A DNA stretch of 58,512 nt, counting the filler, from Sphacelaria rigidula (lineage: Eukaryota), in the NCBI GenBank assembly GCA_964200075.2. It is 3 parts of 3 records of this genome, joined end to end, with 100 filler letters (N's around TTAATTAATTAA, not from the genome) between each part and the next. Parts side by side here need not be neighbours in the genome. Positions count along the whole stretch, not along the records: positions 39,079 to 58,512 come from CAXNAA020000672.1; 2 more parts are not named here. One strand, given 5' to 3'. This document shows positions 48,601 to 58,512 of the stretch, piece after piece. Each line of letters opens with the position of its first letter. Position 1 is the first letter of the stretch. A program made the translations under genes and the position numbers. The notes below the pieces were generated by a model. The model searched no databases and had not been told where the DNA came from. It saw only the letters and a program-made list of their open reading frames with translations.

Positions 48601-51600
48601 GCGACCAACAACAACGACGCGCGCTTTCATATTAATAGTAGACATTTGAGATATCTCTGCGGTTGCGAATATCCGTAGGTTTGAGCAGGATTGTGAAAAA
48701 AAGAGCAACACCTGCAGTCGTAGTCGGGTGTGTCCGGAATAAACACAGATATCTTTTGGTGTGCCCTTTGATCGCCGGTACTGTCGCCGGCGAGGTGGCG
48801 ATGCTGTATTAACGTGTCTGAATTGAGTACAGTTTTCAACCCCAACCGTATCATACTCGAGCGCTTACTGAAGGGCATGGCGCTACTGCCCAAAACATTG
48901 TTTGTAAGACATAACCTGAGCCCTAACATCAGGGCTCCTTCTTTTCTTGTCACGGGGTCGGCCAACGTTCACAGAACAGTGCTTTTCACCTGCAGTGAAT
49001 CTGATTCTTGGGGCACGCTCTTGCGACCCATCGCCTGCAAAGAGGAGGAACTCCGTGCTCGTCGCACAGTATGATCCTATCTCCGTCAGGTGACTGTTCC
49101 TGGAACGTCAACTGGTCGGCAAGGGACGAGTGGGGCGGGGAGAGCATCAGCGTGAAGTTCGGCGAGAAGCTGAGGTATAGCTGGACAAAAACTGAGTCGA
49201 TGCACAACCTGATGGCGGCAACAGTGAGATATTATAGCCTAGATCTTCAGCCTAGGTGCAACTGTGTGGGATCCAGCGGATGATGGTTCAATCTGGCAAA
49301 GCTGGCAACTCGTGTCCGTCTCTTCATACAAATCTTCCGCATCAGCGGTGTGCCAATACAAGCTGTGGTTCTTCCTCGAAAGCGACAAAAAAGCCGTTGC
49401 CAAGAAAGCGCGCCGGGTTAGCGTCCGAGATCTGACTCGAAAAAATTGCACACGTGTCCGGACTAGTAAGAAAAAACCGTGAAAAAATGGTGGTGCTTGA
49501 AGATCCTGACTTCTTCAATTTCTTTGAAACCTCAATCTTCTGGCATTGTTAATCTGGATAGTGTGTATAATTTCGAGTACAAAGAGTCTATTTTAGGGGA
49601 AAATACAAGGGAGTGAAGTGCTTCGCTCTGGGACAAATAGACATCTGAATGGATGATATCGAACTGCTGTTGAAAGATCGAGATCGGAGACGAATGAGAT
49701 GTTGTAAGCGATTCACCAGTCCTCACGACTTCGGGAGTCCATTCGGAGAAATACATCAATATCGCAACCTTCCATGTGACAAGGTTCACCCCCTTATTTG
49801 ACGGTCTCCTGTCCTGGCGGATGTAGGTAAAATCTGGGAAATAAGCAAGGACAGGTCGGGTAGGGTATGACCAATAATACTCGGTATTTTTTAAAAGTCA
49901 CACTGTCTGGACAACCAACCGAGAGTGAGCAGTACATTCAAGATGACGATGGCCATATACTGCGGGACGAAGGTTTGATCAGTGGGAGATGGGAACAGTA
50001 CTTCTCTACATTGCTGAACGCCATGTCGGCAACTATCGACCGAACCGTCATCGAGAAGATTGCTCAACGACCAATAGCGTTGTCACGAGGAGACCCGCGA
50101 AGCCCAAGTGAAACTGAGGAGGCTCTGAGAGCTATGCCGAACGGCACAGCAACCGGTCCGGATGGTATTCCTGCTGGAATCCTGAGCCTTGGACAGAGCG
50201 GGGAGGCGTTAGAGATTCTGTACCACTTCCACAGCATCGTCTCTGCGGTTTGGACATCTGGCGAGGTGCCGCAAGAATGGAAATATGTCATCATCACAGT
50301 TGTGCACAAAAACAAGATAGGACCCAGTGTTATAGCTACAGAGGCATTTCATTTGTGGAACATGCTGCGAACGTTTTCCTCAAAATCGTAGCCAACAGAC
50401 TCGGTAATTTCTGTGAGGAAACAGATGTCTTCCCGGAAGAGCAGTGTGGATTTAGGCGCCAAAGATCCACCATAGACATGATGTTCGTAGTACGCCGACT
50501 CGAGGAGTTGGGACGGGCGAGCAACGTCCCAATAAACATGTGCTTTATTGATCTGCAGAAAGCCTACGATTTCGTAGCCCGCACGCTCCTGTGGGAAGTG
50601 CTTGCTCGGTTCGGAGCCCCGTCGCGAATGATAGCGATCATCCGTATGTTCCACGATGGCATGCGAGCTCGGGCACATCTAGATAGTGGCGAACTACCAG
50701 CGTGGTTCCACGTCTGCTAGGGACTCAGACAAGGGTACGTTTCGTCCCCGCTGTTGTTCAGCATCTTGGGAGTAGGCTTGGTGGACGTGATCGTTCAGCG
50801 GTTTGCGGCGGACCCAGTTATCATCTCAGACTTGGTCTTTCTAGATGATGCGCCAAAAGGTGGCGGTGGTGAACCCGTGGAAGAGCTACCGCTGGAGAAG
50901 GTGTGACGCGCGATGTGGGCAATGCTTCATGCGAACGACGTCGGCATAGTCTCGAGGACCTCAAAAAGCCTTGCTCAAATGATGGTCGGATGGTCTCCGA
51001 GAGAAAGACAGGGTCCATGCGCCTTTGGTCAGTACCCAATCCCACGGAGACCGCCCTGGATATCAAAGCTGCCGGTCAACGGTATATGCAGACGGGGAAA
51101 TTCATCTACCTTGGTGGAGCTATCAGCGCTGATGCAAAACTGTTCATCGAAACCAACCGCCATATCAGCGCGGCGTGGGCGCGTATCCGAAAGTGTAGCT
51201 CCCATTTCTACGACCGACCCAACGCCGAGCTATTCTTAAAACTTCGACGGCTTAAAGCGGAGGTGGTAGAAGCTCTTTTGTATGGATGTGCCACATGGAC
51301 GCTACGTTCTGAGGACTTCGACAGTCTGCGGACTGCCCATCACAAGCTCTTGCTGCGAGTCGTTGAATTCCGCAGGAAATATCGAAATGACTACAAGACG
51401 CTTCGTACAGGGCGGTGCTCGAGATGACCAACTCTGCTTCGCGGGAGCCCTTGCCCGGCAGAAGGAAATACGCCTGCCTAAACATGTCATGAACGGTCCC
51501 TCAGCCACACGAGGGCCCAAGGAGGTCGGCCGCCCCCCCCATGCAATGGGAGGATAACCTCAAGGAGAACCTACGTGCACTAGGGGCTGTCCCGCACAAA

Positions 51601-54600
51601 GGAGCCCGACGGATATGGGACGTTAACGGTGTAGAGGTTAACGATGCGTACGATTGAGTCACTACGGCGAAGAATGTGGGTAAATGGCATGTTGAAGTCG
51701 AAAAGGGAGCGGAAGAGTTTGAGGACACGTGGCGACGCGCGGACGGACGAGAATCAGACCGCCGTCACAAGCGAGAGCCTGCTGCGTCGAGGACCGCCAA
51801 TCGAAGAATTATGTCTGCTCATATCGGTTGATCATGTCCTTCGTTGGTGGCTTTGCGGTGCCCACTAGTGTGTGTCTGTATCTACTCTGCTGCCCTGCAT
51901 CCCTTCGACTTTTCCCGTTTTTCTTCTCCTTCTCCTTCTTCTTCTTCTCTTCTTTTCCTGTTTTGTTTTAGATCGGCCATTTCTTTTTATGCTTTACTTT
52001 TGTTGGCTTTTTATTCATTCATTTTGTTTACGTCTTAGTCTACTATGCCGTTCTGTTCAATTTTTTTCCATTCCTTCTTTTTCTTCAGCGAGTGTTTCAG
52101 TTTTGCTTTGTGTTGGGTACGTCTATCATGTGACCGCGGCTGGATCATGACTACCTGGGGGGTCAGTTGAAGTGCGACAATCAATCAATCAAATCGGTCA
52201 ATCACCCTTTTAGTACCCAAACATTTGGGTAAAATATTGAAACCGTACTCATACTATCCAAATTTTGGGTAGAGTATTGTACATCATACCCAACATACCC
52301 ACATTTTTGGTAGAGTACTGAGGTCATACCCAAGTGATACCCTAAACCCAAGTTTTGCTGAAAGTGCTCACCCAATAATTCGGTAGAATATTTGAAGTCG
52401 TACCCAATCTACCGAAATATTGAGAAGAGTATTTGAAGTCGTACCCAATCTACCCCCATAATGGGGAGAGTATTTGAGGCCGTGCTCAATCTACCTAAAA
52501 TTTAGGCAGAGTACTGAGGTCATACCCAAGTGATACTCTATACTCCTGTGTCGCAGAGGATGCTTGCCCAATATTTGTGTAGAGTGTTTGCGGCCGTACC
52601 CGATATACCCGAAATTTGGGTAGACTATTTGAGGTCAAACCCAATCTACCCAAACCTTCGGTGGAGGAAATGCTCAGGTATTTTACACAAGTATTCAAAG
52701 TATTTATCCTACCCGACCTGTTTTTTTCGATCGAAAGAATTCGCAGAAAAGGTACGAAGGGGCACTTGACTCCTATCTTGCAGACCACCACTATCTTGCA
52801 GACCACCACGCCAGATCCGCTCACAGAACCATGCACACCCCACATAACTCATTCTCACCTACCACCACAACCCTGCAGCATAGAGCACGAGTTGGGCCCA
52901 GGGATAGATACACTGCACTAGTTGGACATGATGTGTTTCCTTTTTGTTGGCGAAAACTTGTGCATCTTCTCTCATAGTGGGGACCGGGGACGGATCTGCG
53001 TGGTGAGGTGGACGATCGACTTGCGTACACTCATGGACAGCGCAGGCAGAACAAAGCTGCAAGTTGTTCGGGTCCTTTTCTCGTCGCACGGTAGGCAGAG
53101 AGTACAGATAATCCTGCGCTGTCTGCAGCGCACGTTGCCCTCTTCTGTTTTGCCTCCTTCTCTACGAAGCGCGCACACACTCGGGCGCACTGCATGAATA
53201 CAGCGCAAACAGTGAAGTACTGTACGGCAAACAAGCGAACAGGTGCCGCTTCACGAATTTCACGATATTTTTTAACCATCGAATAATGATGTGCTAATGC
53301 ACGATTTCACCCAATATTTGGGTAGAGTATTGAGTTCACACCCAAGTGATACTTTTATGCAGGTATTGCTGAGAGTGCATACCCAAAATGTGGGCAGAGT
53401 GTTTGAGGTCGTACCCTATGTACCCAAAATTTGGGTGGAGCATTTACGGTCGTACTTAATCTACCCAAAATTTGGGTAGATTATTGAGGCCATACCCAAG
53501 TGATACACTATACCCAGGTATATTGCTGAGAGTGCTTATATAAAATTTGGGTAGAGTATTTGAAGTCGTACCCAATCTACCAAAACATTGGGTAGAACAT
53601 TTGAGGCCGTACCCAATGTACCCAAACCTTGGGTAGAGTAAATACCCGAGTATTTTACTCGAGTATTCAACAGTACATCCCCTACCCGATCTGATCTTGG
53701 AGATGAGATCACCGCGCGATTCGGGCAACGGCGTTGTGGAGGTACGGTGGTACACTATAGTCTACTCATGGTACACGGCGAGAAAAATGGTGACGACGGG
53801 TTATCGTGCTTCTCGTCGGAGCCAATGAATGGTCGCGAACACGGATCGTTTGGCAGCAATATAGCACATCGTTCCACTTTCCCAACAACACTTGACTCTG
53901 CAGTCTTGACCTTAAAAATAGTTGCCTACCACATGCATCACACACGCATGTCGCCCTTACCTTGGCACTCTCGCATGCCTCCATGACAGCCAGGTCTCTG
54001 TCTTTCCCTGCTTGGGAAGCAGAAAGTGACGAAGCGTCATCGAGTTCCCTGCTCCCCACCCCGTCTGCACCCTGTACCCTGCTGAGTGTTTCAGACGCCT
54101 GGGTCATCTCTTGCTGAAGCTGACTATCCACCTTTGCGACTGCGTGTGCCATACGACTGTGGGCAAGCCTCACTTTTTCCTGCAGCGGAAAGAGATTCAG
54201 CGCATCACAGGAGATTCGGCTTGAAGAACTTGAACAAGTTGGCGACCTCACCCAGCCTGATTAATGAGAAGCTGCATGCCCTGGCCTTGGTACTTCGCTT
54301 AAAGTGCAGGAACAAAATATATGTGGATGACCAAAATTGACGGGACCAGTAGTTTTCCGGTCGACAACTCTTCCCCGACTGGATGATGGGGGAGGTAGAC
54401 AGAGACCGGACAATTCGCTCCCCTTGTAGCAACAGTAAGAGTCCAGTGCGATATGCAGCGGCTTGATCTTTCTGCGGAGAAGCATATTTCCAACCCCCCC
54501 CCTTCATCGGCACGAGTATGTGCTATCAGATGATTGAGTCGTCTCTCCGGCGCTATTCGTCTTGCAACTTGGTATCGCGGATCGGATCAGGACCATCAGC

Positions 54601-57600
54601 GCTCGCACACCGCGTCGGCTCTCGTCGAATAAAACAAAAAACCTCGGTGCTACTCACGTTCTCGCGTTCTCAACGACAGAAATCAGGTACTCCCCACAAG
54701 AAGAAAAAATACATCTGCGGAGAATCGAACTGGCATTTTTCTGACCCAGTGGTTTCAGTTGTACCATTCAATCACCGGCGCGGGCATTTGAAGACGCAAC
54801 ACCTCGCTTCTTCCACCCCTCAGTCTTTCCCGCTTCAAACGGTGGATAACACGGCGCATTTTGTATTCCCTCTCGCTAAGCACACTTCTCGATCATAGGT
54901 TTTGCCCATTTCGTACTACAAGGCCCCTGGGGGGTCAGTCAAAGGACGACAATCAATCAATCAAAGACAGTAGTACCTGTCGATCAAGGTTGACAGTCTG
55001 TAAGCTAGTCTTGACCAACCGAGAGAAGTCCATCCCCAGTTTCCCGGACACTTCTTGGTCCAAGAAAAATGCAGCGCCGTTTCTCCCCGGATCAACATCT
55101 TCACCGACCAACTCAATATCTGGGAGACAGGTTTGACGAGTAATCCCCAGCTCCTCTGATCGATGGAGTTTATGTCGGAACAGAAATATGTTGTTCGGGT
55201 TTCGGTAGCGCGGAGCTCCATCGTGCTGCCCGATTTCCATATACCTTCGCTCGTTCGCGGAAGCAGAGCGGGTCGTTATAGATACCCTTGGCCACACAGA
55301 AAAGGGGTAGATTCCCAGAACTGGCGGATTTATTTTAGGATGTTATTAAGACGGAATCGTGAAGTGCCGAAAATTAACCTCTATCTACAGGCGCAATCAG
55401 TGCCATTGTGTAGCCTGTGTCGAGTCACGCTCGACGCAGAGGCTGAGGAGCATTACCCTAGGCAGGGTTATCCTTAGAACGCGCTCATACTTGACTGATA
55501 TAAATCACTCGACACAGCAAGCAAGCTGGTTCCATTTATATCCCAGTCGAGGGGATTACAGCACCCCAAATCAAGCTCTCGGGAAACCCCGGGAAACAAG
55601 CGTATGTTTACCCCGGACAGCGTACTTTTTTCACCTGCCGTTGACGTCGCGGACTCTGGCACCGTCCACCACCCAAGTGGATACTTGCGGCATGACCCTT
55701 TTGTGCGACTACGGGGGCATCGCATCAGGGGAAGGAACGACGGGTAACCGATGTAAGGGGGTATTTCGCGTCAGGGCGTGCTTCACATATCATGCTGTGT
55801 TGCATCGGAGACGCACTGTTTCATCTTTTCCGCTCAGCGCGTGAAACCACTTGTCAGAAGCTACGTGAATTCCCACACACGTTAATCTGGACATTGCACG
55901 CTTGCCGCTCGAATTTACGGGAAACATCACTTTTGCAACAAGGCATTGGCATTCTTTCGGCTGGAGTCGGACGTACCCTGTTGGGCCGTACACAGCTGAC
56001 CGTGATATCGGGGGAATCTGCGTCGAATGGCATCCAGCTCTCCGATGGAACCACTCTTGATTCGGAAAAGCAGCCATAGTACGCGCGGCTTAGTGTTTCA
56101 CTGGACACGTTCGCAGAAATTACCCCTATGACCCACAAGCATATGGTCTTCAAGTACAAACGCGCGAGAGAGACGACAGGGTTGGGCACGAGGCATTCCG
56201 ATATAAGGTGACACCGTAGCGATATCAAGTTTCATAGGATGGGGTGCTCAAGGAGCTGATACTCCAACTCCGCGGAGCGATTTCAATCAAGGTGATCCTG
56301 AATCTGAAAGAGCATCCTACTGTCGCCAAATATCCGTCTCATGGGACCGCACTCCACGTTTGTCTAATGGAGCAACTGTCTGTGCTCGAGATATGAAACG
56401 ACTACTCGTACCAATTCTCGTCTTATGGAACCACTATCCACGCTCGTCCGACAGAGTTACCCTCCACGCTTGTGTTATGAAACCACCGCCCGTGTTGGTC
56501 ATGTGAAATCACCGGTCATGCTCATTGCATGGAACCCTTGCCCATCCACTCCGCCGAAGGCTAAGGCACATCATAACTAAGGGTGAGAAGAAGAGTCCCC
56601 GGGCATCACTTCACCCACCTCGTTTCGCGTTGACCCCACACTAACAGACCTCGCCGTTTCCGGAGCACCATCAACAGCACCTTCCACGGAACATGTGGGG
56701 GTTCCCGGTGTTGTTCGCGGTGGGGTTTCAACCGAGACTTCCAGGCCGAGCGCTGGACCCCACTCCTCTTGTATCTTGTGCAACTCCGCCAGTGCTTGTT
56801 GGTAGCGCAGACGACTCTGATGATTGATTTTGATTTTGATTGTCGCACTTTAACTCTGCATATTTTCTTTTCGGGGGGTCAGTCAGTGTTTTTTTATTTG
56901 GTACTACTGCATGCTGCACTGGGACAGAGTGCAAACCCTAGTCACAGCGGATGTTGGAAGGAGCTGCACGATCGTTGACTTGGCCAGACTTCAACCCCGT
57001 CGTTGTTGTAACGTCCATCACGTGTACGTACTGCCCATCGCTCAGTGATTTTTAAACGTGTTCAACTTTCGGTGTGGCATATACGCGAAAGTACTCGAAT
57101 TCCATTGTGCAAGGTGTAGCGAAGATTGAGGTTGATGGCGGTATGTCCCTCTCAACACTCCGCACACTATAACATACGTATGCAAGCTGAGGTGCTGAGT
57201 TGAAGCTCCAACTCCCGAATCACCTGAAGGGCCAGTTCGCTTTTTGTCATCCACATCCGGCGCTGACTGGCACGCGTATCAAACGTGATAGCTTCCGCGT
57301 GGGAAGGCGCATTCATACGCTTCAACTTGGCTGCCTCCTGCACCGCCTCTTGGTCCGCCTTATCAGCTACAAACATCAAATCCATAGCGGTTGTTTTGGC
57401 TTGCATCATCAACGTCTGCGCGACAAAAACCAGGCGCGCGATATGGTTGGGCCGAAGCAGGTCGCTTCGTCACCGTACTCATGTCCTGTCGCTGCACGAC
57501 CCAGCAAAGTTCATTTTTTCCCACATAAGCTGACAAAACACTTTCCCACTTTCCAGTTTTTGCGCGTACAATGAAACACTAGCAGCCTCCCGTACGTTGC

Positions 57601-57871
57601 GTGCAGAACTAACGAAAACCACAAAACTGAGCCATCTCGAGCAACCAGCTGTGACAACCTTGGTGCACCAACAAGCACACCTGAGCGTCTGCAAGCCGTC
57701 TAATGTTCGCGTGGCGATGGCATATCTCCTGCATCTTAGACGATGTAGTTCGGACGGAGCAGTCTCGATCATCCTCTACCAGTGCGCTGGTTCTCGACGC
57801 GGGGAACTCGGGCCCGGCAAAGTGTGCTTCTTCGAAGGTACCGTCGATTGACGACTTGTCGTTTGAAGAGT
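39672..57871 (-). CDS. Large multi-exon gene, uncharacterised protein with CCCH zinc finger, AP2-like segment, Cys/His cluster and IQ motif (5' end not resolved)
   Basis: Phase-consistent exons, 5'->3': 57681-57871, 57224-57415, 56615-56816, 54977-55119, 53961-54179, 49717-49813, 49263-49462 (weak donor), 48990-49111, 47114-47206, 46439-46574, 45570-46166, 45015-45127, 44264-44540, 43499-43960, 43212-43257, 42896-43051, 42172-42434, 41696-41760, 41392-41446, 40910-40981, 39903-40031, 39672-39779 (TAA). Motifs form only across the junctions, e.g. PLCRRWVARACPKNQIHC|RCRH, LLDQ|IRLASVRVVEAVSRWR and KATVIQ|AFTRGAFGR. Confidence 0.75.
47482..47985 (-). mobile_element. 5'-truncated 3' fragment of LINE family A
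   Basis: Reverse complement matches the C-terminal part of the 7741-9830 LINE (GD..PQTAKQE region and aagcaacaaat 3' end), with poly-G at 47482-47494. Confidence 0.8.
49915..52195 (+). mobile_element. Degenerate RTE-like LINE (family B): RT domain, pyrimidine-rich 3' UTR and (CAAT)n tail
   Basis: RT motifs GPDGIP, GEVPQEWK, YRGIS, PEEQCGFRRQRSTIDMMF, FIDLQKAYD, GLRQG..SPLLF, MLHAND (decayed YADD), FIYLG and LLYGCATW, broken by frameshifts and stops. Ends gtgcgacaatcaatcaatcaa. Antisense within an intron of gene 3. Confidence 0.92.
52212..53700. repeat. ~41-bp minisatellite in two blocks (~52212-52720, ~53308-53695) separated by a copy of the 17-18 kb dispersed repeat (~52720-53280)
   Basis: Consensus TTGGGTAGAGTATTTGAAGTCGTACCCAATCTACCCAAAAT. 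The middle block matches 18495-18790 directly and 17170-17610 in reverse. Confidence 0.85.
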
Positions 57872-58417
57872 CTAAGGCCAGAAAAATTGGCAGAAACGCG
57901 GCCGTATGAAGATGTGTTCTTCTATGAGTGTGTCGGAATCTCAATTTGGGGAAACAATTGCTGTGTTCCATACCACTGCAGCGACAGTCAAGAGAGGGAA
58001 ACATGATACAATCTCAGTCGGATTTGAGAAAACAGACCGATTGCCAGTAGTGTCACCGAAAATAAACATCGGTGGTTGAAGATCTTGCGTGATCGATACG
58101 GTTCGGTGGACATGAGGATAGCGGATCGCACGTCCTGCCCGCGAAGGCGTGGAGATACACCATATTGAACTGCCTTGATCTACATCACATACTGAGTCAT
58201 GGTACGATAGGGAGGGGGGGGGGGGTTGTGGGCCATGTCTTCCGTGGAATTTCACTTCCAATCGTCACCGAAAGTAGCAACGGTTGTTCGAACGCGCTTG
58301 TCAACGATAAACAACGCTCATCGCTTCTGCTTGACACCGTTTTAAACCCAGTACAAGCGCACCGCGAATGTGTCAGGTCGTCTGACACACACACATGAGT
58401 AATTTTTTCGTGGAATC

Positions 58418-58450
<33 letters not shown>

Positions 58451-58512
58451 ACGCGCGGCACCCCCCGCGCCCGCCGGCGACGCGCTGTCGACCGACGGAC
58501 AAGGCGAAGAGC

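Noticed and set aside
52212-53700. CRISPR-like appearance of palindromic ~41-bp repeats
   Set aside because: Units are contiguous and mutually homologous with no unique spacers; eukaryotic context with no cas genes.

Overview
Eukaryotic, intron-rich nuclear DNA, most likely from a brown alga (Phaeophyceae). This is inferred from an EsV-1-7 repeat gene, a heterokont-type plastid presequence and long repeat-filled GT-AG introns. Most entries in the ORF track are spurious. Three genes were reconstructed by hand with phase-consistent splice sites. (1) A minus-strand gene of at least 10 exons (465-~16650, running off the left edge) encodes a plastid-targeted coiled-coil protein, probably LETM1-like. 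(2) A plus-strand 734-aa protein (35521-37725, no intron in the ORF) carries a tandem array of 38-aa C-x4-C-x16-C-x2-H EsV-1-7 repeats with position-specific hypervariability. (3) A minus-strand gene of about 22 exons (39672-57871+) encodes a large uncharacterised protein with a CCCH finger, an AP2-like segment, a Cys/His cluster and an IQ motif. The remainder is transposon-rich: two decayed LINE families, a TA-TSD MITE nested in a LINE and carrying a tRNA-like unit, a TGT..ACA MITE with a 5-bp TSD carrying TTAGGG repeats, foldback elements, minisatellites and local duplications. Two 100-nt N gaps with TTAATTAATTAA linkers are assembly artefacts. No database searches were run; family names come from motif recognition.
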